Below are positions 9,301 through 17,716 of a DNA stretch of 26,584 nt, in pieces. Position numbers and translations under genes: made by a program. Origin of the DNA: a virus (Duplodnaviria; Caudoviricetes); the IMG/VR virus record IMGVR_UViG_3300048852_000118, positions 1 through 26,584 of that record; one strand, given 5' to 3'. The notes beneath the pieces are model-generated. The model searched no databases and was not told the DNA's origin. It saw only the letters and a list, made by a program, of their open reading frames with translations. Position 1 is the stretch's first letter. Each line of letters opens with the position of its first letter.

Positions 9301-9946
9301 CTATGCCGAGTTGAAGGCCGCCGTGGCCAACTGGATGGCGCGCGCGGACCTTTCCGGCGAGGCGGCCGACTTCATCGCGCTCGCCGAGGCTCGGCTTAAC
9401 CGAGAGCTCGATCCGATATGGCGCGATGCTATGCTTTCGGGAGCGGCCGGGACGCGTGCGATCGACATTTCGCACCTTTCCTGCGAGCACCCGATCTCGC
9501 TTTTCCTGGGGCGGCCGGCGGCCAACGAAGTGGAACTGACGCCCAAGGCGTCAGGCACGTTTCCGTTGCTGACCGTTCCCGGCCGCCCACGCTTCTGGGC
9601 GAGGGAAGGGGAGACGATCGGCTTCGACCGGCCCTTGGACACGGATTATTCCTTCCGGCTTCATTTCTCGCAATTCCATCGCCTGTCGGAGAGTGCGCCG
9701 ACCAACTGGCTGCTCGCCAACCATCCAGATATCTATCTCGCCGCCGTGCTGGTCTGGGGCGGGCTCTTCATCCGCGACAGCCCCTATGCCGGCCAGTTCC
9801 AGGCCGTCCTCAATGCCGGCCTGCCGGAAGTGAAGAATGTCATCGCGCAGTCGAAGCGCGGGCTCCTGAGCGTCGATCCCATGCTGCAGCGCATCGGCCA
9901 GCCCTTGCGCGGCATCACCAACGCGGCGGAGGCGGAATGGCCCTGA
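9287..9946 (+). CDS. Head-to-tail adaptor protein, 219 aa
   Basis: MAL.NYAELKAAVANWMAR.DL...DFIALAEARLNREL and TNWLLANHPDIYL motifs; position after the coat gene. Confidence 0.8.
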   Translation: MALNNYAELKAAVANWMARADLSGEAADFIALAEARLNRELDPIWRDAMLSGAAGTRAIDISHLSCEHPISLFLGRPAANEVELTPKASGTFPLLTVPGRPRFWAREGETIGFDRPLDTDYSFRLHFSQFHRLSESAPTNWLLANHPDIYLAAVLVWGGLFIRDSPYAGQFQAVLNAGLPEVKNVIAQSKRGLLSVDPMLQRIGQPLRGITNAAEAEWP

Positions 9947-11406
9947 TCTCTTTCGCCAACTACGCGCCGGACCGTTCCTCCTTCGATCCGGACGTTGCCG
10001 ACTCGCTGGAAAACGTCCTGCCGATCCATGGCGGCTATGGGCCGTTCCCCTCCTTCACGGCGCTCTCGCAGCCGCTGCCGGAGCGGCCGCAAGGCTCGTA
10101 TCTCTCCTATGTCGTCAATGGCAACTACCTGCTGTTCGCTGGCACGGCGACGAAGCTCATGAAGTTCGACGGCGCGTCCCTGGGCTGGATCGACGTCTCC
10201 AGGGCCGGCGGCTATCTGACGCCGGCCTCGGAGCGCTGGTCCTTCGCGCAATACGGCTCCTGGCTGATCGCGACCAACGGCGTCGATCCCGCCCAATATA
10301 TCGACCTCAACTCTCCCGTGCGTTTCGCCGACCTCGCGCCGGACGCGCCGCGCGCCAAGTTCGTCGGCACGATGGGCGATTTCGTCATGCTGGCGCATCT
10401 GGCGGCGAACCAGCGCATGGTGCAGTGGTCGGGCCTCAACCAGCCGCAATTCTGGACGCCCAGGCAGAGGTCTTCCGACTTCCAGGCCTTTCCCGACGGC
10501 GGTGAGATCATGGGTTTTGCCGGCGGCGTGAACGGTTGCGTGATCTTCCACGCGGAAAGCGTCCGGGAGGGCAAGCTGGCGCTGGAGACGCCGATGGTGA
10601 TGACTTTCCAGCAGACGCTTACCAATCACGGCTGCATGGCGCCACGGTCGGTGGTGGCGACCGGCAGCGGCATCTTCTACCTGTCGGATGACGGGTTCTA
10701 CCGCTACGGCGTGCCGCCGGTCGGCATCGGCATCGAGCGGGTGGACAATTCCTTCATCAACGACATCTCGCGCCAGGAGATCTATAACGTCTACGGCAGC
10801 GAGGACCCCAACAGGAAGATCGTCTACTGGGCCTATCGCTCGATCGGCAACACGCTCGAAAACTCCTTCGACAAGGTGCTGCTCTACCACTATGGCGTCG
10901 ACCGCTGGTCGTTGCTGAAGCCCAACAGGATCATGACGGGGCTGATCGACGCGACCACGCCGGGCTACACGCTGGAGAGCCTGAGGTCGCTCGGAATTCC
11001 GCTCGACCAACTGCCCTTCTCGCTCGACAGCCGCGCCTGGAGCGGCGGCACGCCGACGATCGCCGCCTTCGACACCGATTTCCGGCTCGGTTTCTTTTCC
11101 GGCGATCCGCTGCCGGCGGTGCTGCAGACCGGCGACGTTCAGTTGACCAGCGGGGGCCGCAGCTTCGTCAACGGCTTCACGCCGCTTTGCGACGCGTCGA
11201 CCGTCTCGGGCCGGATCGCGGTCAAGGACAGAGCAGGCGGGCCGTCGAGCTGGAGCAATCCCGCCGAATTGTCGGCTCGCACCGGCCTTGTTCCCGCGCG
11301 CTCCAGCGGCCGCTTCCACCGTTTCGAGGTCACGATCCCATCCGGCCAGCAATGGACGGCGGTCCATGGCGTCGAGCCTGACGCGCAACCTGAGGGACAG
11401 CAATAG
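9937..11406 (+). CDS. Tail hub/nozzle (P22 gp10-like DNA stabilisation protein), ~489 aa
   Basis: Beta-rich sequence with LENVLP, WSFAQYG..LIATNG.D..Q, VQWSGLN, SDFQ.FPDGGEI, FYLSDDGFY and GRFHRF. GGAGG RBS; start reassigned to 9937. Confidence 0.8.
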   Translation: MALISFANYAPDRSSFDPDVADSLENVLPIHGGYGPFPSFTALSQPLPERPQGSYLSYVVNGNYLLFAGTATKLMKFDGASLGWIDVSRAGGYLTPASERWSFAQYGSWLIATNGVDPAQYIDLNSPVRFADLAPDAPRAKFVGTMGDFVMLAHLAANQRMVQWSGLNQPQFWTPRQRSSDFQAFPDGGEIMGFAGGVNGCVIFHAESVREGKLALETPMVMTFQQTLTNHGCMAPRSVVATGSGIFYLSDDGFYRYGVPPVGIGIERVDNSFINDISRQEIYNVYGSEDPNRKIVYWAYRSIGNTLENSFDKVLLYHYGVDRWSLLKPNRIMTGLIDATTPGYTLESLRSLGIPLDQLPFSLDSRAWSGGTPTIAAFDTDFRLGFFSGDPLPAVLQTGDVQLTSGGRSFVNGFTPLCDASTVSGRIAVKDRAGGPSSWSNPAELSARTGLVPARSSGRFHRFEVTIPSGQQWTAVHGVEPDAQPEGQQ

Positions 11407-11496
11407 ATGGCCGATCTTCTTGATTATGCCAGCAACCTGGATGTTGACCCATCCAGGGGGCTTCCGCCGCCGGCGTGGCCCATCCGGGGCCGTTGA
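11407..11496 (+). pseudogene. 29-codon ORF MADLLDYASNLDVDP..., possible remnant of a former cargo gene
   Basis: ATG directly abuts the gp10-like stop (TAGATG). The N-terminus resembles those of the cargo genes (MADW.., MAGIWDLL..). Confidence 0.3.
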
Positions 11497-11559
11497 GGAG
11501 ATGCTGCCGATCGGGGGCCGTTCGGCAGTCATCATCAGCAAACATTGCGAGGGCCACTA

Positions 11560-11727
11560 ATGAGCGGAAACTTCGTTTCCGATGCCTTGCCGGCCAATGG
11601 CCAGCTCTGGCTGCCGCTCGAAACTTTCGCGCTGGCCGAGAACGACCAGATCCGCGCAAAGGCGGGCACGGCGAACGCAGTCGACATCATCTTGTTCATT
11701 TCAGAAGTGCCGGGGAGATCGGGCTGA
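11560..11727 (+). pseudogene. Internally deleted in-frame copy (55 aa) of the 13196-13543 gene
   Basis: MSGNFVSDA is joined to LPANGQLWLPLETFALAENDQIRAKAGTAN..SEVPGRSG; 60 codons are missing relative to the full copy. Confidence 0.85.
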
Positions 11728-12899
11728 TGGCTGGAATATGGGATCTTCTTACGGGCGGCGGATTCTCTTATTTCACCGATCCCGCAACGATCCGGCCGAG
11801 GCCGTCGCTGCGCAAAGCGGCGACCGGTGGGCTGGCCAACTTCCTGGACATATTCGAGACCGCGTATCGCAGGCAAAAATACCCCGGCATTTCGGAGACC
11901 ATGGCCAGGGAATTACTACCCGCCGTTGAGAACGTGACGCCGCTCGGTATCGGCACGGCAGCCCAGGATACGGCCGACGCTCTGAAACAAGGTGACTGGC
12001 TCGGCACCAGCCTTGCGGCGCTCGGCATGGTTCCAGGAGCCGGCCGCGGCGCGAAGGGTGCAATGACCGCCGGCAACGACTTGAAAGAGCTAGCAAGTCG
12101 GTCGGTGACCATCTATGATCCACCTGCAAAACCAGCAAGGGCATTCGAGCTTGACTACGCCTCCGGAGCCAAAGCAGACCCCACAGGACGACTCCTTGAA
12201 GACATCGACGGTCGACCTCTCACCGCCCCAATCGTGGTCGGTCGAAGAGTGGTGGGCGGAGAAGACGTCCCCCTCCCACCGTCGCAATATGACGCCGTCG
12301 CAGAGGCAACGATTGGCGCGCGGCCTGAGGCGGTCGAGGCAAAAGCGCTTCCAAGAAGATCAGTCGGAACCTACGTAGAGGGTTATTCTCCCACTGGCGA
12401 TCCCGAGCGGGACATATACTTCCTCAATACCCTCCCGCCAGAAAAAGCGCAGAAAGTCGTGGCTCACGAAATGGGCCACATGTTCGACAGCCTCGCACGC
12501 GAATGGAAATCGGACCCGAAGGCCAACATTCCCAAGGCTGCGAGATCAGAACTAAACTTCGTCTATAACGACCTCAACAATCCCGACCTCAACATGGCCC
12601 GCCAGCGCGGCCTTGATGTCGAGCGGAACTCCCGCAAGCTCTACAAGGGCTACAAGCCGGAACATCTCGGCTACAAATCGGGGCCGGAGGCCGATGCGGA
12701 ACTCGCGGCCGAATTTGGGCGGGCCTATCTGGGTGACCCGAACTACGTCAAGACGGTAGCACCCCTGGGCGCGAAATGGTGGAGGGAGCGCGTCAATCCC
12801 CATCCGCGGTTCAAGGACATCATCCAGTTCAACAGCCTTGCCGCGGCGCTCGCCCCGGCTGGCCTGATGGGCTACCTCGCCGAACGGGACAAGCAATGA
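11727..12899 (+). CDS. Cargo protein 2 (390 aa): pre-toxin-like linker plus zincin-like metallopeptidase domain, hydrophobic tail
   Basis: VVAHEMGH (HExxH at 12465-12479) with downstream ELAAE as a candidate third ligand, and a GDWLGTSLAALGMVPGAGRGAK linker. TGATG and ATGA overlaps on either side. Confidence 0.65.
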   Translation: MAGIWDLLTGGGFSYFTDPATIRPRPSLRKAATGGLANFLDIFETAYRRQKYPGISETMARELLPAVENVTPLGIGTAAQDTADALKQGDWLGTSLAALGMVPGAGRGAKGAMTAGNDLKELASRSVTIYDPPAKPARAFELDYASGAKADPTGRLLEDIDGRPLTAPIVVGRRVVGGEDVPLPPSQYDAVAEATIGARPEAVEAKALPRRSVGTYVEGYSPTGDPERDIYFLNTLPPEKAQKVVAHEMGHMFDSLAREWKSDPKANIPKAARSELNFVYNDLNNPDLNMARQRGLDVERNSRKLYKGYKPEHLGYKSGPEADAELAAEFGRAYLGDPNYVKTVAPLGAKWWRERVNPHPRFKDIIQFNSLAAALAPAGLMGYLAERDKQ

Positions 12900-12997
12900 G
12901 CGGGAATTTCGTTTCCGATGCCTGCCGGCTGGTCGGCACGCATCGGGCAGCGACCGCCAGCATCACTGCGTTCAAGAGAGCGGCTAGACGCAAGTGA
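12896..12997 (+). pseudogene. 5'-only copy (33 aa) of the 13196-13543 gene
   Basis: The first 42 nt match 13196-13237 at 41/42 positions. Similarity decays by ~12985, followed by a stop. Confidence 0.85.
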
Positions 12998-13195
12998 TCG
13001 AGATCAGGACCGGCTAGATCATTGGCGGGGCGTGGCGGCCGAGCCACCTAAACAGACGGCCTATGACTGAAGGGAGGGGTTCGCACCGTCCCTTTCTCAT
13101 TGAAGGACGGTACCCGACGAGCCTCACATTGACTCATCAGGGCCTGGCCTGACCGCTTCAGAAGCGATTTTCAGCAACATTCCGAGGGTCAGCAA

Positions 13196-13543
13196 ATGAG
13201 CGGGAACTTCGTTTCCGATGCCTGCCGGCTGGTCGGCGCGCATCTCGCGGCGACGACCAACACCACGGTGTTCAGGGCGGTCGGCTACATCCAGATAATC
13301 GGGCTGAGGCTCGCCAACGTGACCGGCACGGATGCCGTTGCGACGGTAAGCTGGTTCAGCGCCGGCGCCGGGGAGGAATACCGGCTGCTCTTCCAGCATG
13401 TGGTGCCGGCCAACGGCCAGCTCTGGCTGCCGCTCGAAGCATTCGCACTCGCCGAGAACGACGAGATCCGCGTGCAGGCGGGCACGGCAAACGTTTTCGA
13501 CGTGATCCTGTCGATCTCCGAAGTTCCAGGCCGCAGCGGGTAG
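13196..13543 (+). CDS. Conserved small virion-morphogenesis protein, 115 aa (full-length copy)
   Basis: Beta-rich ORF with GAGGG RBS, located between the gp10-like and GNAT-like genes. Confidence 0.75.
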   Translation: MSGNFVSDACRLVGAHLAATTNTTVFRAVGYIQIIGLRLANVTGTDAVATVSWFSAGAGEEYRLLFQHVVPANGQLWLPLEAFALAENDEIRVQAGTANVFDVILSISEVPGRSG

Positions 13544-13548
13544 TTCTC

Positions 13549-13983
13549 ATGACTCTGTCCATCCGTCTCTCCACCACCATGACGGCGGCGGAGATCGCCC
13601 CGCTGTGGCCGGGCATCGTCGGCTGCCTGGAGAAATATTGCCGTCGCTTTCTCGAGGAGGAGAGCGTCGCGCACATCCTCCAACAGTGTGCAGAAGGCCG
13701 CCGCCAGCTCTGGATCGTCACCGATGAGAGTGGCCGGGTGATCCTGACGCCGGTTACGGAGATCGTGACGATCGACGCTACCGGCAAGAAACAACTGCTG
13801 CTGGCAGAAGTCGGCGGCGAGCGACTCCGCGAATGCATGCCGCTTCTCCGGCAAATCGAGGAATGGGCGGCGCGGGAACACGGGGCCACTGAAGCTCAGC
13901 TCGTCGGCCGCAAGGGCTGGAAACGATTGCTGGAGCCGCTCGGCTACCGGGACACCGCTGTCATCTGGCGCAAAGGACTGTGA
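13549..13983 (+). CDS. GNAT-like protein (P22 gp14-like position), 144 aa
   Basis: QLWIV, IEEWAA..HGA....LVGRKGWKRLL..LGY; lies just before the ejection genes. Confidence 0.6.
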   Translation: MTLSIRLSTTMTAAEIAPLWPGIVGCLEKYCRRFLEEESVAHILQQCAEGRRQLWIVTDESGRVILTPVTEIVTIDATGKKQLLLAEVGGERLRECMPLLRQIEEWAAREHGATEAQLVGRKGWKRLLEPLGYRDTAVIWRKGL

Positions 13984-13984
13984 C

Positions 13985-14476
13985 ATGGGAAAATCGACCA
14001 CTTCCAAACAGACAAGCGAACCGCCGGCATGGGCAAAGCCCTTGCTGACGAAGGCCGCTTCCGAGGGAATGCGGCTCTACGATGCCGGCGCCGGCTACAA
14101 TGTCTATGACGGGCCGACACAGGCGCCGCTCTCGGATGTGACGCTGGGCGGCATGAACTCGCTGCTGGCCGCGACCGGCTATGGTGGCGCGCCGATCTCC
14201 AACCAGTCGATCGATGCTCTGGTGCCGAACATCAAGCCGACGATCGACGATGCGGCGCAGCGTAGCGCTCAGGCAATGGCAGGACAGGGCAAGTCAGGTT
14301 CTGCCGATCTCGATCGGTTCATTCCGGCATGGGTGCGAGGCGGCCTGAATTCCGGCCACCCCATCCTGAAGTCTCAGGCCGATCGCTGGATGGCGATGAA
14401 TTACAACAATCCCAGGCTGACGCCCCAGCAATGGGACATGGAACAGCCTGGCAGCCGTGGCGGTGGAGGTCGATAA
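13985..14476 (+). CDS. Short ejection/pilot-type protein, 163 aa
   Basis: N-terminus MGKSTTSKQTSEPPAWAKPLL...YDGPTQAPLS is typical of podovirus internal/ejection proteins. Confidence 0.55.
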   Translation: MGKSTTSKQTSEPPAWAKPLLTKAASEGMRLYDAGAGYNVYDGPTQAPLSDVTLGGMNSLLAATGYGGAPISNQSIDALVPNIKPTIDDAAQRSAQAMAGQGKSGSADLDRFIPAWVRGGLNSGHPILKSQADRWMAMNYNNPRLTPQQWDMEQPGSRGGGGR

Positions 14477-14477
14477 C

Positions 14478-15767
14478 ATGGGCAACGCAACGAACTCGAC
14501 GCAAGGCAAGGCGAGCGGCACGTCCACCAATACCGGCCAGCCGGCATGGAGCCAGCCCGGCACTGATGCCTACAACCAGATGAACCGGCAGCTTCAGACG
14601 GCCCCGATTGCTGCCGCCAATCAGGCGATTGCGCAGGGCGGTCAGGGTGCGACCACCCAGAACGTGATTGGCCAGATCATGAACGGCGGCGGTTCGAACG
14701 ACTGGATGAACCATGCGGCGAACCAGTTCCAGAACCCGGGCCAGGTCACTGTTCCGGGGCAGGTAAGCGAGCAGAATTATCAGAATATCTACAACCAGGC
14801 CGGGCAGCCCGGCCCGGCGGAGCAATATCTGAAGGGCACCGCCCAGGGGCAATATCTGGGCGGCTCGCCCTATCTCGACAACATCATCGCCAAGGGGGCG
14901 CAGGACGTCGCGACCCAGACGAACCAGATGTTCGCTGCGGGCGGACGCTATGGCTCGGCCGCGCATCAGGGCACCGTTTCGGACTCCGTCGCCAGCCACG
15001 CCAACCAGCTGCGGAACCAGAACTACAGCCAGGAGCGCGACCGCCAGATCCAGGCGGCGGGTGCGCTGGAAAACGCCCAGCAAGGCCGGCTCGGCCTGCA
15101 GAGCGGCGCGGCCGCCGGTCTTGCCGGCGTGCAGGGCCAGAATATCGGCAACGGCATGAACGCGCAGTCGCAGAACATCGCCAACCGGCTCGCCGCGGCG
15201 GGGCAACTCGGCCAACTCGGGCAGCAGCGCTTCAACAACATGATGGGCGCCGCCGGCCTCGAGAACCAGGGGTTCCAGAACATGCTCGGCATGATCGGCC
15301 AGCTCGGCAATATCCAGAACAACAAGATCTTCGACGCGCAGCAGCAGATGGGCATCGGCAACCAGATCGACCAGCGCACGCAGCAGCGGCTCACCGACCT
15401 GATCAACCAGTGGGAGCAGACCGACATGTCGCCCTGGCAGCGCCTCGGCGGGTTGCTCTCGACCGGCACGGGGACGGCCGGCAATTGGGGGACGCAGACC
15501 ACCAAGTCGACGCAGCCGTTGAATCTAGGCGGTATTCTGGGAGGCTTGGCCGAGCTCGTGAAGGCATCGGATCGCCGATTGAAAGAAGATATCCGCCGCG
15601 TCGGCACGCTGGACAACGGCCTGCCCGTCTATGCCTACCGCTACAAGGGCGAGGCCGCCACCGAGATCGGCCTTATGGCCGACGAGGTGGAGGAACTGCA
15701 TCCCGAGGCGGTGGTGGAGACCGCCGACGGGTTCAAGGCGGTGAATTACGCGGCCGCGGTGGTGTAG
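14478..15767 (+). CDS. Gln/Gly/Asn-rich ejection-type protein with C-terminal Peptidase_S74 (intramolecular chaperone) domain, ~429 aa
   Basis: GGAGGT RBS; SPYLD, GRYGSAAHQG, and C-terminal SDRRLKEDI...YRYKG...GLMADEVE..HPEAV...VNY. Confidence 0.75.
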   Translation: MGNATNSTQGKASGTSTNTGQPAWSQPGTDAYNQMNRQLQTAPIAAANQAIAQGGQGATTQNVIGQIMNGGGSNDWMNHAANQFQNPGQVTVPGQVSEQNYQNIYNQAGQPGPAEQYLKGTAQGQYLGGSPYLDNIIAKGAQDVATQTNQMFAAGGRYGSAAHQGTVSDSVASHANQLRNQNYSQERDRQIQAAGALENAQQGRLGLQSGAAAGLAGVQGQNIGNGMNAQSQNIANRLAAAGQLGQLGQQRFNNMMGAAGLENQGFQNMLGMIGQLGNIQNNKIFDAQQQMGIGNQIDQRTQQRLTDLINQWEQTDMSPWQRLGGLLSTGTGTAGNWGTQTTKSTQPLNLGGILGGLAELVKASDRRLKEDIRRVGTLDNGLPVYAYRYKGEAATEIGLMADEVEELHPEAVVETADGFKAVNYAAAVV

Positions 15768-15972
15768 CCAAAGGTAGGCCTCTCCGGCCCTCCGGAGAAG
15801 CCCGCGGCCGATGTCGTTGCCGGCGGCTGTCGAGACAGGCGCTGAAGTCCCGCGCTGTCCCCGAAAACAATCGATCACGGCGCTGCGGCGCTCCATGCCG
15901 CGCGAGCGGTGCGAAGAGCGGGTGGTACTCGCCTGCGCTAAGTCGTGCTCGCAGATCAAAGGCTTATCAGCA

Positions 15973-17061
15973 ATGACGAACAATTTCCCCTTTCCTTCCG
16001 CCTATCCGTTCCGACTTCCCTCCGACGCTGAGATCAAGGCGCAGCAGCTTCGAAAGCAAGCCGGGTGGACAATCCGGAACAGGAAGCCGGATCCCTTGCC
16101 AGATCGGAACAATTTTTGGGGTAGGGTAGATACGGTTAAGCGCGGTCTGTTTGATACCGCAAGTTTCGGTACGGCGGATGAAATCGCTGCTGCCATAAAG
16201 TCCGGATCGTTCTTTGGATTGAACGATGGGCTATGGGGCAGCTACGACGACAATCTTGCGAGGGAGCGCGCCATAGACGAGGACGACGCGAAAAACCGTC
16301 GACTTTACCGCCTGGGGGGGCAAGTGCTGGGGGGCGCCACTAGCGCAGCCGGATTGGGCCGTCTCGGTATTTCGGCTATCGGCCATGTCGGGAGCAAAGT
16401 GCTCGGAGCCGGTATCGATGGCTTGGGTCAAGGGATGCTCTACGGCTTCAATTCGGGGGAGGGAGGGCCGTTCCGCCGCGCGGCGAATATTCCGGAGGAG
16501 GCGGCTTGGGGTGCTGGTTTGGGTGTGCTCGGAGAGGCAGCGCTGCCCATCGGAAAGTTCGTGTACAACCGAGTCAAAGGGCCCGTATCAGACGCGTTTC
16601 AGGAAGTCGCGGCGCCCGCAGCGAGGGCATATCAGGGCATAAAGGAGCCCATGGAATCCGCTTACGACCTCATGCAAGAGCCCATGACACGAGCATATCA
16701 TCATATCGTGAAAGGGCCCGCCTTAGCGAGTGCTCGATATCTCAAGTCGCCCTTGGCCATGAGGTACGGTCTACCTTTGGGCAACGATCTGGCCAACGAA
16801 GCTTGGAAGGCAGGCTTGAGATATCTTGTCGATGACAAGGCCGAGGAAGCACTGGCTCCGAACCTGCCGGAGCCTGTGGAGATGATGTCGGACAGGCGAC
16901 TGCCCCTCGAAGAGAGTGGTCCAAGGCCCGACCTCGATCTGGATCCGGCACAGCGCGCGGCGTATGGCCAGGCCGCACAACGCCGGGGCGACCTTCCCGC
17001 AGATCGCGCCAAACGCATTCTTCGTGACCTTATGATCGGGCCGCCCCACACGGGCCGTTGA
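15973..17061 (+). CDS. Ejection/DNA-transfer-like protein (362 aa) with Gly-rich hydrophobic segment and 11-residue repeats
   Basis: RGLFDTASFGTADEIAAA...YDDNLARERAID...GQVLGG, GMLYGFNSGEGG; position in the ejection module. Confidence 0.55.
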   Translation: MTNNFPFPSAYPFRLPSDAEIKAQQLRKQAGWTIRNRKPDPLPDRNNFWGRVDTVKRGLFDTASFGTADEIAAAIKSGSFFGLNDGLWGSYDDNLARERAIDEDDAKNRRLYRLGGQVLGGATSAAGLGRLGISAIGHVGSKVLGAGIDGLGQGMLYGFNSGEGGPFRRAANIPEEAAWGAGLGVLGEAALPIGKFVYNRVKGPVSDAFQEVAAPAARAYQGIKEPMESAYDLMQEPMTRAYHHIVKGPALASARYLKSPLAMRYGLPLGNDLANEAWKAGLRYLVDDKAEEALAPNLPEPVEMMSDRRLPLEESGPRPDLDLDPAQRAAYGQAAQRRGDLPADRAKRILRDLMIGPPHTGR

Positions 17062-17154
17062 TCTTCCGCTGATGAACCTGGCGGGACATCCGAAATAGCT
17101 GCCTTCATCTTTCCAATCTTCCGCCTGCGGTGTTTAGCCAATGCGACTGCAATC

Positions 17155-17469
17155 ATGTTTCGGGAGAAACCGACTGCGACGACCAACCAGACGACCCAAG
17201 ACCCTTGGGCCAACATGCGCGTGGCAAAAGGACAGCCGAATAGCTTGCTCGATCTGTTGAAGACGGCCGACGAAAGGCTGAGCCCGCTGCTCTCGGCGTT
17301 GACGCCGGCGGCGGGCAGTTCTCCCCCCGAGTTCAGGCCCATGCCAGCCGCCCCGCAGACCGTGCCGCCCCTCTCGCAGCAAGTCGCAGAGTTCCTGGCG
17401 AGCCGCCGGCGGAACGGTGGCAGCCAAGGCATAAACCAGGAGACCACGATGCCCGGGAAGCATCTATAG
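17155..17469 (+). CDS. Hypothetical Pro/Gln-rich ORF, possibly the 3' remnant of a longer virion gene
   Basis: 104-codon ORF with no clear RBS. It runs into the decayed tail-fibre start. Confidence 0.35.
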   Translation: MFREKPTATTNQTTQDPWANMRVAKGQPNSLLDLLKTADERLSPLLSALTPAAGSSPPEFRPMPAAPQTVPPLSQQVAEFLASRRRNGGSQGINQETTMPGKHL

Positions 17470-17685
17470 GCGGAGCAAGATTGCCGGCGAGAACGATATC
17501 GCCGACGGCGATATCGATTAGAGGGAGGCCGTTCTCCGACATCGTGAACGATTCCGCCGCCTAATGACGAGCCGGAACGCCGAGTTCCGTGACGACATCA
17601 CCGGCATGCTCACCGCCGGTGGCACGGCGAACGTAACCGTACTCACGGCCAATTCGGCGTTATGTCGCTTGCCAATGGGAGAATG
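17449..17685 (+). pseudogene. Decayed copy of the N-terminal ~79 codons of the 19541 tail fibre
   Basis: AGGAG RBS then MPG(+1)SIY..SK.AGEND.AD.DID* ... VNDS ... RNAEFRDDITGML.AGGTAN...LTANSA..SLANGR, with frameshifts and a TGG>TAG stop. Confidence 0.88.
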
Positions 17686-17716
17686 CGAGCTTGGAATGAC
17701 TACGCTGAAAGGCACT

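Noticed and set aside
451-11541. Long minus-strand ORFs (451-1779, 2385-3911, 6932-8896, 9784-11541)
   Set aside because: They are antisense shadows of high-GC, codon-biased phage genes and have no recognisable motifs.
11475-11726. Upstream extensions in the ORF track (also 418, 1869, 6920, 9418, 14457, 15811, 22881, 23407)
   Set aside because: They overlap neighbouring genes. The downstream ATG/TTG starts have RBSs or stop-start coupling.
13000-13195. Possible immunity gene or riboswitch after cargo 2 (hairpin ACCGTCC...GGACGGT at ~13086-13111)
   Set aside because: No credible ORF on either strand and no match to a riboswitch consensus that I can recognise.
16885-16905. SDRRL peptide in the 15973 protein resembling an S74 cleavage site
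   Set aside because: It lacks the following Lys and the rest of the S74 domain.
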